DNA of 64,000 bases from Eledone cirrhosa (GCA_964016885.1 OZ024745.1:119226001-119290000), one strand, 5' to 3'. Shown: positions 40,825 to 56,440, numbered from the stretch's first letter. A program made the numbers and translations. Notes: a model not told the origin generated them from the sequence alone.

Positions 40825-41425
40825 GCGTTTAATATTGACTGATTGAAGTAAGCATTTTGACAGAGGAGAACTCAAAGTACAAAGGAGAAAGGATGACACA
40901 GGGAACAAGGTCCGAGTATTGTGTCAAATGGTGATAGATACATTACATCATTTATATTTATAAAGGACGAGGCAATATTAGATATAGAGGAAGCTGTGCG
41001 ATAGAACCTAAATAAAGATGGAGTATAGCAGAGGATAGGGAAGAGATACTGGTAAATAAACATACAGAAAATATGCAAAACTGCACCAGAAATAAAGAGT
41101 AAGTTCCTTAGTAGTCGGATCCATTGACTCCGTAAGAAAAAAGATTTATCCCCAATACGAACCATGCTTCATTTTAAGCTTGGCAACATACATAAATACA
41201 TGATGGCTGACACCTCGTTATCGAGTATGGCCATTGCACAATATAACACTATTAATAATTATTATTTAATTCTATCGCGCAATGCCTGTGCGTGAAGATT
41301 TATTTTTCAGCGACACTAGCTATAACCCGAAAAGAAAAGATCAACATCATCAGTAACTACTGAGCCGCAGGTTTTATGTCGGAGTTATCACAGTTTCCTG
41401 AGTTACCTTCTCATAGAAGAATGCC

Positions 41426-41478
<53 letters not shown>

Positions 41479-41491
41479 GCACACGCACACA

Positions 41492-41523
<32 letters not shown>

Positions 41524-43404
41524 TGATGGCTGGAACTCGATTTCGAGTAATGCCATCGCTTGATATTTAAGCAAGAGTATCACGGACGTGTTTTTTAGTC
41601 CTGCTAGGGACTTGCCTATGACCAGCAATGCCAGTCGCAGGTTTTACATAGGACTATCTCTTAGAGAGATGTTTTAATGAAGACTAGGAGTCTCTCGCAC
41701 CATAAAAAAAATACAAAAACACATTTATTGGAAGGCCGTTGAATCTCGTGAGTTCCTCCTCCCTTTGACGTAATATTTTCATCCAGCAGGGTGTCCAAAT
41801 CCTCTCTCCTCACCAAGTAAGTTGTCCGATCTTCAGTTCCATTGGAAACATGTAACCCAGTTCAACCTGTGCATGGTCGGATCGTTGGGGACTAAACCGG
41901 CAACCCCACATACATACATATTCATAGATATTCATACAGGGTACAATATAAAATATATTTTGCAGAAGAAGAAGAAGAATGATGATGATGATAATCCCAG
42001 GCCCGGCTATACCCAGCGTGCAAGGTATTACCCAGTTATGGCTTGTTCAAGTTTTACGAATTTGTTCAGGGTATACCATACAAATCGTGATTACAGTTGA
42101 TTTACTTAATCTAGTTATCATTTTATTATCATTTCATTAAAATGATGGCCATTTCCTTACCTCTCTTGCTATTGGATATTGATCCAAAGATCTTTTATTA
42201 GATCGCAAATAGATCTTTATAAGTCTTAGCTTTGAAAAGCTTTTCATACATGAAACCACACACGTATAGATAGTCAGGAAATTTTAATGCCATTTTAAAG
42301 ACAATCGAATTGTGATATGAAGGTCATTTGGTTGCTATTTCCAGCAAGCTTAATGACCACATCGAGGGTCCTTCGTTTCTACATTTATTAATAGACGAAA
42401 ATAGTTGACAGCAAAATTGCTGAATATATGTTTAGTAGCTTCTTGTCTAGTTGTTTATTTTCTCCAGCTTGTAATATGATGATGTTATGGTGTATACAAC
42501 CATTCTAGAGTGAATGAAACGGTATTTAGATTTTCAATTTACGTTCTGAATTTAAATATAGTCGAGGTCAATGTCTGCGGTTCACCTGCTACTGTCAACA
42601 AAATAAATAACAGACTTGCAGAAAAAGATAACGATGTGGCTGGAGTGGAACGAAAGAAACTAAACCTAGCATCAAATGCATTATAATAATTATTTCTACT
42701 TTCTGGCACAAGGCCAGCAATTACACCAGTGTATTATTGGTGCTTTATTTTATCGACCCCGTGGGGATGAAAGGCAAAGTTAACCTCGGCGAGATTTGAA
42801 CTCAGACCGAAAAGGGCCACAACTCCATACTTCAATGCAGGGTGTCTGATACTCTACCGATACTGCCAATCCACCGCCCTTAAAGTTTCTACTTTTGGCA
42901 CAAGGCCAGCAATCATCCCAGTGAATTAATACGGACGAAAGGCAAAGTTAACCTCGGCGGGATTTGAACTCTATGCTGCAAAGCATGGTGTCTGACGCTC
43001 TACCGATACTGCCAAACCAAATCTTTCCGATTTTTTACCCCAAATTTTCAGTCGTAATTTATCTTTCTATCATTTTTACGATCGAGGAAAACAACGTGTA
43101 CGAATTCTGAAGAAACATCAAAACAACCTGAGTTACCACGCTTTTCTTTAATGTGGGCACGAATGTAAATTAGCATTCGCGGCCCGCTTCTCGAAAAGGT
43201 TGCCCATGCCTGATATAGAGGAGGAATCAACATCGAAAGGAAGAAAAACAAAGTTGATTTGAATTCAGACATCAGAAAGCAAGACACAATAACATAAAAA
43301 ATTCAATCCGACCTTCTAAGAACTCTGCCAATTTGCCGCCTACAGAAATTATATATGTACAGCCAAATATAATCGACTGGGATTAAAAAGTAAACGGGCT
43401 TTCT

Positions 43405-43620
43405 CCTACAGGTTTGCAATCGTGCCCTTGGCAGTAAAGACTTCTGATGTCCTTGTCCCAAGGGCTACCTCCCTACTCACCATCAGAGGCGCTCAGCAGG
43501 CCGGCCGCAGGTGTGAGCCTCGCGAGATGGAATGGTTCTTCTCGCTTACCATCCTCCGGGGAAACGCCTTTGCCATTCTGTCCACCGGGGCTGTGGGGCA
43601 GCCAGCACGTGGGACCCCAT
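43405..43620 (+). pseudogene. CRE-clade retrotransposon 3' end (REL endonuclease C-terminus)
   Basis: FAIVPLAVKTS...REMEWF..SLTILRGNAFAILST matches the CRE motif P.AVET...LS.AIQRGNA..IL. Confidence 0.75.
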
Positions 43621-45359
43621 TTGCTCACAATACAGAGAGATGGGGAGGGCGAGAGAGATGGAGGTGATGATACTGGGAGTTCGGCTCTTCCACGTTTAGA
43701 CCATATCCTTGTGTTTATAATCTATATAGAAAATTATTTATTTCCCAAGACTTATATACGTACATCTACTTCAAAAGAAGAAAAGCAGATCGAGTAAAAG
43801 GAAACGAGTTCGTTGCACTCATAGTACTCTTTCTATAAATACTTGCTTACAGTCAAGTACTGGGGTCAAATTAATCTACTTTATCTTCGATAAAAGTTGT
43901 TGGACTTGTTCCTAAATTAAAAACCATGTTACAACCCCATTTGCTCATGATAGTGAGAGATGAGTAGGATGAGAGAGACGGAGGTGATGACAGTGTGAGT
44001 TCGGCTCCTCTGTGTTCGGAATTGGTGTACATGTGTGTGTATTGTTACACTATCGATAACTTATTGTCTATATTGTAATCTTAACTATAACAAAGAAAGG
44101 AGTGCGGGACTGCGTCCAGAATATATTTTTTTTTATCCCGTTAGTAAAATAAGTTGGATTACTTTGAATAAATAATGAATGAATATTACATAATTTATGT
44201 ACTAAATTTCGTAACTCTTGATTAAATATAAATAATTTTATTGCTTATTTAAAGATTCACTTCTTTACAATTTCCAAATGTCAACACTTCCGGTTAGCGC
44301 CTGTTGTATTATAACACTTATAAAAACATTGCATATATTTCCGTCGCTAATTTTCTCCTAAATCAGTTTACATATAATATCGTCTTTTTTAAATATATCA
44401 TGGGTTACTTTACTGATTACATAAGAGTGTAACACAGACTCTCTTCAATTTCTGTGGATATTGTCAATTACGATTTTATTTGACGTATCATATCAACATG
44501 CATCTATATTTGCGTAAAATATCAATATACACACTACACATGCTAGCAGAAAACCACTCGAAGGGTGGTTTTTCTGCTAGTCTGATCAATAAATATAGCC
44601 AGCTGATTGTTTACAGCAGATGCAACATAATTGGTAGCAGTATCAAATCAGGTTTTTATAGAGTGTCTTGCTTGCAGGAAAACACAGATTATCGCTAGGT
44701 CTATCAGCTGCAGGCTTTTCCAAATAAATAAATAAAGAAAGAAGAGTGTTACTTTATGTTAATGAGGCAGGAAGAATGATAGGAAATTTTACCTCGCCGG
44801 ATTTGAACTCAGGAAAGAAGGCATTAATTAAATACTGCAATACATTTTAAAGATTTTTGCCAGTCTACACACTATATTATATTAATACTAGGGGACATGT
44901 GTCGTCAATAATGACTACAATATTGAACTCTTTGAAGTCTAAAATTGATATGCTATTTAAACTAGGATTACTGGATATATGAATAATCATACAAACTGGG
45001 AAATTTGCGTTTTCATAGATTTATTGTTTGCATAAGAGAAAGCCCATAGTTTATGTTGATTACTGATACGTCAAAGTAATTAAAGATAAAAATGATATAT
45101 TAATAATTTGTTTCTCAGATATAATTACATAAATGTTCAGCTTGTATGTACACACGCCATACGTGATTAAATATGTCATTGCCTTTGGAGAATTAACTAT
45201 ATACAGTGACATATGTAGGGTTAGAAGCCACGACCTTGTGACTGAAAAGCGAATTACTTATCGTAACAATATGACGGAAAGAGTAAATGCAGTGTGTGTG
45301 TGTGTAAATTTTAAAGAGGTACAGATGGAGTTGTGTATGTATGTACATATATATGCATA

Positions 45360-45389
<30 letters not shown>

Positions 45390-45393
<4 letters not shown>

Positions 45394-45918
45394 AACAAGT
45401 ATGACCCCGACGGCAGAGCTCAAGCCGTTTCGACGGCTATTTCTGGACTAAATAAGAATGTTTAGCCTGGTAAATAAATAGCCGAACTTCTCAGTGGGCA
45501 TTTCCTTATATAGGAAGAGAGTAATTGTCAAGAGGATTGGTCAAGAATTTGTTGTAAAGACAGATAAATTTATCGTGGCATTTGGTGGGAGGTAGGGGTG
45601 GCTGAACTTTGTTCTACCGGCAAGTTCAGCCACCCCTACCTCCCACCAAATGCCATGATAAATTTATCTGTCTTTACAACAAATTCTTGACCAATCCTCT
45701 TGACAATTACTCTCTTCCTATATAAGGAAATACCCACTGAGAAGTTCGGCTATTTATTTACCAGGCTAAAAATTCTTATTTAGTCCAGAGATAACCGTCG
45801 AAACGGCTTGAGCTCTGCCGTCGGGGTCATACTTGTTCCTATTACCCACTCTACTACCCTAAGTGTTGAGTACTTTGGTGCATTATGGTCCATCTGGTTC
45901 CTTACCACAATTCCTTCG

Positions 45919-45920
<2 letters not shown>
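45390..45920. mobile_element. Long fold-back pLTR (family 'GAAACGGC'), ~220-bp arms, in (TA)n
   Basis: 45391-45608 is inverted at 45623-45843, followed by the shared tail to 45920. Confidence 0.85.
45732..45830 (+). ncRNA. Hammerhead-like motif with an altered core (mirror copy ~45400-45500, minus strand)
   Basis: ACCCA-CUGAGAAG-UUCGGCUAU...AUA(G/A)CCGUC-GAAA-CGGC(UUGAGCUCU)GCCG-UC/GGGGU. Confidence 0.55.
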
Positions 45921-45964
<44 letters not shown>

Positions 45965-46005
45965 TTATTCAAATATTAATAAATGAAATCATTCACATAA
46001 TCAAA

Positions 46006-46080
46006 ATATATGTTTTATTATATATTTTTCGGAGGTACTGTGCTGTTTTTTCAGTACGTCCTCATCAGATAAAATATATG
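46006..46080 (-). ncRNA. Minimal type I hammerhead (family A)
   Basis: UUUUAU-CUGAUGA-GGAC GUACUG..CAGUAC CUCC-GAAA-AAUAUA-UA/AUAAAA. Confidence 0.72.
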
Positions 46081-46398
46081 AATTGATATAAGACATACCT
46101 CAACTGTCTTGATGGTTCAATTCCAGTATTGGCATTGATTTATTACAACAAATCTCAATATTTACATACACAAATAATAACATGATAAACTTAAATATGA
46201 TGAAGAGGAGGATGTGGAGCGAGATATAAGTATAAGGAGGGGGTGCGTATGAGAAAATGTAAGAAGAAATAAAGAAACACATATATAAATATTTAAATAT
46301 TTAAGTGCGTAAATAATTGCGTTAATCTATTGTAAAACTATATTCATTGAGTAAACAATGAACCATATTAATCTTTGGTTATATATATAAATATATAA

Positions 46399-46446
<48 letters not shown>

Positions 46447-46774
46447 AAAGTTTGTCCTTCATCAGTGATCTTCCAACCATCATAGGCATTTCATCGCTTT
46501 AAAGACCATATACCTCCGGTTGGTGCGAGCAACGGCTAAAAAAAGTCGTTGGGACACGTAAATAAAGGGGACGCGAGGGTAAACAAACAAAATAGTGAAG
46601 CAACAGAAAGTGAGGAAGAAGGAGACAAGTCCCAAATTTCTATGAATTTAAATTCGGTGAAATCGTGAATGAGAGAATAGATTGAAGGGACGGGCGGGGT
46701 GGAATTGGAAAAAATGTCTTTAGATAAAAATAACAGGTCCATTCATTTTCGTACCATCGAGTGCTTTATACCAA

Positions 46775-46883
<109 letters not shown>

Positions 46884-47229
46884 AGGTATAAATTGAAGTT
46901 GTAGCCGTAGTGTAGCAGAAACTGACGAACTGATTGAGGCGGTCATAAAGCACTCGATGGTACGGAAAATTAATACATTTTTGGTCAGAGTAGAGACGAA
47001 CTTAAGAAAGTGTGACACCATGAATAAAACGAACAAGCTTATATGACCATTGTTTATAACCACAAGAACTATGAATACAAACAGGTATATGTATATATAT
47101 AGATATATACATATATACACACACATATATATATGTATATATACATACATATCTATGTATATATATATATGTATATACACACATTCACATACACACACAC
47201 ATACACACACATATATATACATATCTACG

Positions 47230-47289
<60 letters not shown>

Positions 47290-47291
<2 letters not shown>

Positions 47292-47677
47292 GTAGAACGG
47301 TGGAAGGTAATATCCGTAGTGGTAGAGCACTCAGTCCATGGGACGAGTTAGGTAGAAGTGGTTACACAACAGACCTTAGCGGATCCTCAGCTCGTAATGG
47401 ACATGGTTATACGGAACAGGAAGGACAACCGTACGAACACGCATGCGCAGAAACGGTCACTTCACTCAGGCAACACTAAATTGCGTGCCTGAGGTGTAAG
47501 GGAGATAACTGCGAAAGTCCGAAAGTTTCTAGTTGATAAGAAAATTAGGATGTTGTAATTCAATCCAGGATTTGTAGTTATGCAAGAGGTGTTTCCAGAC
47601 ATGTGGACAACGTGTGAAGAATTTCTTGGGTTTAGGCAATCGCTATTGCGTAATCTCTTTAGAATATTTATTCGTTC

Positions 47678-47680
<3 letters not shown>
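47290..47680 (-). pseudogene. PLE 3' end: endonuclease C-terminus followed by pLTR
   Basis: ERINIL...CLN (frameshift) [17 protein letters not shown] resembles the PLE EN C-terminal LN.R.E...CRH..K.LL.N. Downstream lies CUGAGGA and a tail homologous to 48490-48630. Confidence 0.65.
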
Positions 47681-47718
<38 letters not shown>

Positions 47719-47722
47719 TATG

Positions 47723-47769
<47 letters not shown>

Positions 47770-47823
47770 GTATATATATATATATATATATATACATATG
47801 TATATATATATATATATATATAC

Positions 47824-47968
<145 letters not shown>

Positions 47969-47974
47969 TATGTA

Positions 47975-48044
<70 letters not shown>

Positions 48045-48050
48045 TATGTA

Positions 48051-48116
<66 letters not shown>

Positions 48117-48490
48117 TTAAATAACAGGAGGCTCGACTGGTTTAATTCCTTAAAGGTTTATTATACTATGAACATTTGAATGACCGGGTTCAGTATGAAA
48201 TTCGAAATTTAACAAAGGAATATAATAGACACAATCCATGGGGCTGAAAAGGCAGAGAGACAAGAAGGCGGCCAAATATTTAACAGTTTCTAGTCCGGTT
48301 ACACCAGTCCAGCCTCCTCTTACTTTATAATAATTAACTCCGTACTCGCACCACCAACTACACAAACGAAGACGGGTGAGTTGCATTACGTCGAGTGCTC
48401 TCCATAATATTACATCAAGGTTGACTATACGGAAGGACCAGTTCTATCCAGTGGGGAACCAGCCTTAGCGGATCCTCAGCTCGTGTCCAT

Positions 48491-48533
48491 TACGAGCTGA
48501 AGATCCCGGAAGGTGAAACAATTGTTCTCTGTA
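48491..48533 (+). ncRNA. Minimal type I hammerhead
   Basis: UACGAG-CUGAAGA-UCC(CGGAA)GGU-GAAA-CAAUUG-UU/CUC(U)GUA, with palindromic stem III. Confidence 0.6.
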
Positions 48534-48689
48534 TGGTGAACTAACTGTTGTGTTACTACTTTTACCTAACTCGTCCGATGGACTGAGTGCTCTACCACTA
48601 CGGATATTACCTTTCAGTGTTCTACCCCCCATTCTCTCTCTCAATATATGTATAAATATGCATACATATATATAAATGTATATATATAA

Positions 48690-48769
<80 letters not shown>

Positions 48770-48821
48770 ATAGTTACATATATATGTGTATATATATATG
48801 TATATATATATATATATATAT

Positions 48822-49177
48822 ATAGTATAAAGAAAACGAAAAATTAGTGATGCATCTGGAGTCAATTTATTGCGTGTTACAATTGTTTCGCCGGCAGGTA
48901 GCTCGAGACATGATCCCTGTATGGATCTGGCTGATTCTACGGCTGCAGGTTCCTTCAGTCACGGGTAGTGCGTTCGGAGCAAATTTTATCACAAATTTTA
49001 TCAAATTTTATCTGTGATAAAATTTGCTCCGAACGAACTACGAAGGAACCTGTAGCCGTAGAATCAGCCAGATCCATACAGGGACCATGTCTCGAGCTAC
49101 CTGCCAGCGAAAGAATTGTAACACGAAATAAATTGAGTCCTGATGCATCACTGATTTTTCGTTTTCTTTATACTATC
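48822..49177. mobile_element. Fold-back pLTR-like element (~170-bp arms) with a degenerate hammerhead at 48873-48963 (minus)
   Basis: Inverted arms. Minus strand reads CGUGA-CUGAAGG...GAAA-CAAUUG-UA-ACACG followed by AAUAAA. Confidence 0.7.
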
Positions 49178-49256
49178 TACACTCTACTCTGCTGAATATT
49201 GAGTGCTAATTTTGGCATACCGCCTATGGAAGCACCATAGCTACCATTATACACAA

Positions 49257-49323
<67 letters not shown>

Positions 49324-50287
49324 CATACATATTCTATTAGGTGGTTCACGGAGACGTTCTCTGGCAATGAAAGGAAAAAACGAAGATAAAACGTCATTAT
49401 GTGGAGCAGAGAAGCCATTTACACGCAAAGACAAAACCACGCAATTGGTATAGCTAAAGTTGTAGACTAAAATTCTATTCAGGAAACCCAATGATTCTCG
49501 GCTTCAGAGTTAAGAATAAATAAAATAAAATACAGAGGTAATAGAAATTAAACATATACTTACACACATCCATGTACGTACATACACAGGCATACGCGAA
49601 AACACTCGCCATGGGTATGCAAATACAAGCACGTACACATAAACAAAAAAAAAACACGCACTCGCATACAGAACCCACGCAACGCCTGTACCCGCACACA
49701 TACGAACGCATAAACCAAATACACATAAAAATATATATAAAAACATATATACCCATATACATGGAAAATACTCCAGGAAGCGCGCTCATACGAGGGTTTG
49801 ACAAAAGTGCTGCGACCTTTGTATCTCAGAGAGCTACGAAATATTATTTGCCAAGGGCCCGCTACTGAACAAACTCTCTGAACACTGCCCGAATTGCATG
49901 CACAAACACTTTGCAACTTTCAAATACCTTAAGCCAGTGTTAATGCCAATTGGCTAAAAAAGATTCCACCTTTTTTGTAAACCCCACTCGACAAAATACC
50001 CTCTCCACCTCTTTCCCACCCTACCCCTACCCCCTCTCGACCCGAAACACGGCACTATGGTCATGTAAGTACTTCTTACCTATCTGCTCTTTCCACATGT
50101 GGAGCGTACTTCATCTTAATACTGTATATATGTGTGTGTGTATTTGTGTATATTTATGAGTGTATGTATGAACGTATTTGTATGAGTGGCCGTAGGATTG
50201 TATGCGCATGTTTGTGAGTACGTACGTTTATATGTATTTACGTATATGTGTATGTGTGTGTATGTATATATATGTATATATATGTAT

Positions 50288-50491
50288 GACATCCAGAGTT
50301 GACATTGCACTCAGTACTCCTTTGGGAGCCCCTACATGGACACATTAGAAGAGGAAGACCAAGGTTAACGTATGTTGATGCCCTAAGGACAGACACTGGT
50401 CTGCTGGAGATACAGGACATGGCAGCGATAATGAGGGACAGAGACCGCTGGAGAGAACTCGTCCATGGATCTCGGGAATTTTACCCGCCTT

Positions 50492-50493
<2 letters not shown>
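50288..50493 (+). mobile_element. RTE-group LINE 3' end running into (TA)n
   Basis: [19 protein letters not shown]...DRDRWR. Confidence 0.85.
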
Positions 50494-50554
<61 letters not shown>

Positions 50555-50684
50555 AATTAAAATACTAGAGTGCTTTGGAGTAAAACACACTCGTCATATA
50601 GAAATGACAGTATAGGATATAGCTCAATGTATTATATATATATAAGAGGGTGTTAAAGTTTGCTTGAAGCATTGGGAAATGTGT

Positions 50685-51204
50685 AAAATACGTAGTTTAG
50701 AAAGCCACAACAATGCAGAAGGGAAATCTCGAGGTAGGAAGTGAATGATAGATAGGAGAAATAGGAGAAAGTGAAAGTTGAGAGAGACAAAGAAGAAAAC
50801 AAAACAAAGGTAGAAGGGTTACCGTAGTGGAGATTTAATCCAAATATTTCGGGCTCACGCCCATCAACGGGGGAAAGTTCCAAAAAGGGGGGGAACAGGC
50901 TAAGCCGGAGAAAGTTGTGATGTCGTTAAAACAGGAATATAACGGCATTCCTGTTTTAACGACATCACAACTTTCTCCGGCTTAGCCTGTTCCCCCCCCC
51001 CCTTTTTGGAACTTTCCCCCGTTGATGGGCGTGAGCCCGAAATATTGGGATTAAATCTCCACTACGGTAACCCTTCTACCTTTGTTTTGTTTTCTTCTTT
51101 GTCTCTCTCAACTTTCACTTTCTCCTATTTCTCCTATCTATCATTCACTTCCTACCTCGAGATTTCCCTTCTGCATTGTTGTGGCTTTCTAAACTACGTA
51201 TTTT
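50685..51204. repeat. Near-perfect inverted repeat, ~255-bp arms with a short spacer; degenerate hammerhead at 51015-51050
   Basis: Arms 50685-50938 and 50947-51204. Contains UCCC..UUGAU-GGGC(GUGA)GCCC-GAAA-UA-UU/GGGA. Confidence 0.88.
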
Positions 51205-51260
51205 ATATATATATATATATATATACTCAATGTATATATATATATATATATATATATTTT

Positions 51261-51340
51261 TTTTACCGACGGTTTCGCCTCACAAATTCTAAGATTGGAA
51301 ATCCAGAGGACTTCCACTGGAAAGATCGGCTCTTCAGAAA
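51261..51340 (-). ncRNA. Type I hammerhead truncated by (TA)n
   Basis: UUU-CUGAAGA-GCC...GGC-GAAA-CCGUCGG-UA/AAA. Confidence 0.5.
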
Positions 51341-51518
51341 GCTAATTCCCTTACATAGGACGTATAGTCCCATAGCAAGGAAATACATCGCCTACCAGCA
51401 GCTAGTGAAAGATCGTGTGGGCCGTAAAATGACCTACACGTAACTGGTCGTTTAGTAAAAGCGGGAATATTATAGACGTCTTGTTTGCCACACTACTAAA
51501 AAATACATACATATATAC

Positions 51519-51563
<45 letters not shown>

Positions 51564-51564
51564 T

Positions 51565-51607
<43 letters not shown>

Positions 51608-51628
51608 AATATGACCCTCCCCAAGTAT

Positions 51629-51757
<129 letters not shown>

Positions 51758-51771
51758 CATATATATACATA

Positions 51772-51819
<48 letters not shown>

Positions 51820-51966
51820 AAAATGAAACGGGAACAAAACAGAGAGGCAGATGCATCTATATATATACATACATATGTATATATACATACACATATATGT
51901 ATATATACATGCATACATATGTATATATATATATGCATACTTATGTATATATACATACATGCATAC

Positions 51967-52009
<43 letters not shown>

Positions 52010-52064
52010 CATACATACATACATACATATGTATATATATATGTATATACATATATACATATGT

Positions 52065-52168
<104 letters not shown>

Positions 52169-52543
52169 CATATGTATATATATATATATATATATATGTA
52201 TATAAATTTTGAGTATATGTTGGTTGTATACCAACACCCTAGTATGCAGATTGGAGCACTCGACGAAGTGCGCAGGTTAGTTTGGTTACTCCGGAGTAAT
52301 GTAAAATAAAATAAAATAAATAAGTCAAATGTTTAAAATTTGGCTTCGTTTATTACTGCTATATATATTTCGGTGACTGCCATCTTTAGTTGTCCCTTTG
52401 ACGCTGAAATTCGTTTGTTTGAATTCATATGATTCCAGTTCCTCAGTGAAATAACAACCCAACCAGGAACTGGGCATATCAGAGTATTGACAGAGTTATA
52501 CACCTCAACAACATGTGTACTCGTCTCTACTACACTAATTCGG

Positions 52544-52598
52544 ACTGCCTGAAGAGGTCACAGCCAAAGATTGCTGTCACCGAAATATATATAGCTGT
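52544..52598 (+). ncRNA. Type I hammerhead followed by AATAAA; partial inverted copy at 52303-52397
   Basis: ACUGC-CUGAAGA-GGUCACAGC..GCUGUCACC-GAAA-UAUAUA-UA/GCUGU. The inverted copy has the pairing GCAGU. Confidence 0.8.
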
Positions 52599-52644
52599 AA
52601 TAAACGATGCCAAATTTTAAACATTTGACTTATTTATTTTATTT

Positions 52645-52749
<105 letters not shown>

Positions 52750-52790
52750 CATACATGTGTGTGCATATATACATACATGTGTGTGTATAA

Positions 52791-52871
<81 letters not shown>

Positions 52872-53779
52872 CATACATATGTGTGTGTGCGTATATATAT
52901 ATATTTTTGTATCTCTAAATATAAAAGCCCACGAAGTGTATTATTATCTTTGATTAAATTACACTGTATTTCATTATTCGATGATATTGCGTTTTATTAT
53001 TATTTCTTTTTATTGCTCTTCGTAGAAATCATTACATTGTATATATTGTCCATTATATTATATTATTAAATATATAATATTATATTATAGTATAATATAA
53101 TATTATATAATGTTGTATCATATTATAACCAGCTAACATTACAATCTCCTTGTCAAATCGACCGTCCCTCAACCTAAACAAATTTTTGCTAAAACACGGC
53201 TTCTTCCACAAGAATACATGAACAATAAACGATATATATACAAACACGAATGTTATTTCGCTGTTATTGGATTAACAATATAGAATTATTCCCACAAAAC
53301 ACAACACCATACGATACTAATAAATAAATATAGAAATATAAATATAAGCATATATATATGAGTCAATGAACATGCAAGGGAAGTAACTCTTGTATGTCAT
53401 TTTTAACATCTCACAATCCTCACTATCGTTACAGGTGTGTAAAGAGAGTGAAGGGATATAGTGAGTGAGTGAGGCCGAATAATTGAATTTGCTGTCAACC
53501 AAGTTGACACTGCATTGATTTGTGTATTAACGCTGATATAATTAGATTAGTTAGGCCTCTATTTGTAACATCGTTAAGCTTTTATCGCTCACAATTTGTT
53601 CCCTATTTTTATTTTATTATTGTTTGTCTATCTCTCTTGCATGCATTTCTACATTTCTATGTTGTTGTTCTGTTGTTGTGTATTTGTCTGTTGACTTTCA
53701 TTCAGTTTATCATTTTCTCTGTATGTCTTTATTATACTTGTCATTTATTTAATCATTTGTCTCTCGATGCATCAGTGAA

Positions 53780-54020
<241 letters not shown>

Positions 54021-56440
54021 TAGCTGTCGTCTGTTCTACAGTGTGGATGTAATTCACTTCGCGCAGAAGTTTTGTTCAAATTTATTGAGGAAATTTTGTG
54101 AGTTCAAACTTAATTTTGATACAATTGTGTAGCTTGACCCTCCGTCTGAACTGTCAGGCGGTGGGTCAGCTCATCTTTACCCCTCCTAGAGGTGAAAAAC
54201 CTGTTTTAAAAAAATTTGTGGCAAAAAAATTTCAATCGTCTAACAGAAATGTTAAACGCAGCGAACGAAAATAGTGGTGGGGGGGACAGCGGTAAGAGTT
54301 GTAAGCTCGCACGCTTTAGTCCCCCCTTCCTTCCCAACTAACGTCATAGAGAAGGAAGGAAAAATTAAAATAAAAACAGACGAATCTGCGGAGAAAAAAA
54401 AGGACGAAAACACAAATCTGGACATGGATTCCAACAACGAAAAAAAAAATTTGAAAAATTGCATGACAATACTAATAACACAAACAAAGACACAACAAAC
54501 ACAAAAATAACATTTGAAAATAACACCATAACAGAAAGCAAAGCAGACGACAAGATTTCATTTGCACAGAAAACAAAGAAATCTTTGACTTATATACCGG
54601 AAAATATTTCAGATGTGGCACGAAGGATCACAGACGCCAAACAATACATAAGTGAAGGAGAGAATGGTATTTTATCGGTAAAAATGCCTCAAGAATTCAC
54701 CAAAGACATTGAAAGCCGAACGGTCAAGTTTCGGACCATCAACAACAGTACAAAAAAACCTGAACAGCCTTCTCAAGCAGATATCAAAACAGTACTCACA
54801 GAAGTACTTAATGAAACCACTTTCATAAGAAAAGACAGACTGTATGGAAGCCTAGCAATTATCCTGAAGAACGAATCGGCGGCAAAAAAATGTGCTTTGT
54901 CACCGATTCGTTCGAAAAATTTTACCTTTTATCCATCTTATATGGGTAAAAGAACTCAACGTATATGGCTGGATGCAATGATGCCAGATGTGGACTACTG
55001 CTGGCTCATAGCTGGCTTCATCGATCCAGTGAATGACAACGTGATTTCCATTGGGAAAACCACAGGCAATGCGTTCAGTGGAACAGGTATAGAGTTGGTA
55101 GTGCAAATGAAGCCTGAACGCATCGCCCAAATACCCGACAGAATCCTATTAGAGGACCACGGGTATATAAACATTAGCGTGGAGGGGAGAAGGCCGTCCT
55201 GCCATATCTGTGCAGGCAGAGGGCACCTGACGGCCGCTTGTCCCCAACTCAACAAAAAGAAAACCCTGCTACCAACACCAGCCCCGCCACCACCACCACA
55301 ACAGATAAACAAACAACAAAACTCAGTCCCACCCAACCCGTCCCTCAGTAAAACCACACCACCACCACAACACAAACAGTCACAACACATTACCCCAAAA
55401 CAAAATACAGGCCCACCCAACCTCTCACTCAATAAAACAACACAACCACCGCAGACACAACACACAACACAGTCTAACATAGTGACATCCATCTCCCCCA
55501 CAAAGAAAACCAACACGGAAACATTACCAGCAAACATACCTCTTCCCTCCAACACTGAAGATAACCCAACGAATTCGGAGGAAGAAACGGAGTCCTTCAG
55601 ACAGATTAAAAGGAAAAAAAAGAAAACATGTGCAAAACACACAAGGCCAAACAACCCCCACCCAAATCTCAACACAATCCAACAAAACAGAAAACACCCC
55701 TCCAGCAACAAACAAAACCAAACCTGCCCCTCCCCTCTTCGAAACACTCACACCATCCGAAAAAAAGACATTACACTATACTTACATCAACAGAAACAAT
55801 AATAAATTAAATAAACTCATATACAATAATCCTTCGGTACAAACCGAAGGTGTAAACTTTGTTTCTTCAGAAAACTACCCACATTTAAAATTAATAAAGA
55901 TCCCAATGAACCTCTACCAAAATCTAAAAAAGGATTTTAAGGAGGACGTAGGACCACCCTCTGTCAAACCCATAAACCGCGTCCTACTAAAAAGCTTTCC
56001 CCCTCCCCTTCCCCCCCCCAACACAACTCCAAACACCCCAACCCCACCACACACTGACGACCCCACACCACCACAAGACACCCCTTCACCCAACACCCCC
56101 GACCCCATGGAAGTCGTGCAACCCGAACCCCGGGAAGCGGAAAGGTAGGTCTCTACACTCTCCTTTGGCTCTGCCGCCCACATGGATGTGTTAAGAGTAG
56201 GATGTTTGAATGCACGTGGCCTGGGCTCAACTTGGAAGCAAGCAAAGCTTCTAAATGACCTCAGGTCATGTAGTATAAATGTAATGGTTATCTGTGAGAC
56301 TCGAATCAGCGTCGTGCGGCAGCTGGCCCCCACCTTCGATGACTTTGAGGTGCATGCATCTCTCTGTCAACCTGGAGGTGGGGTGGGGTTGTCGTACTGC
56401 TGCAAAAACACCTGGGTCTTGCCGTACAGGTTGTGCACTT
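54021..56440 (+). pseudogene. Tx1-like LINE copy A: 5' UTR, ORF1 (54424-56148, two frameshifts near A-runs) and the start of ORF2
   Basis: CCHC knuckle CHICAGRGHLTAAC. ORF2 begins MDVLRVGCLNARGL...ICETR (APE endonuclease) and is cut at ~56440. Confidence 0.9.

Noticed and set aside
47410-47540. SECIS element downstream of the PLE endonuclease
   Set aside because: A stable hairpin is present (CUCAGGCA/UGCCUGAG), but no AUGA/GA quartet with an apical AA was found.
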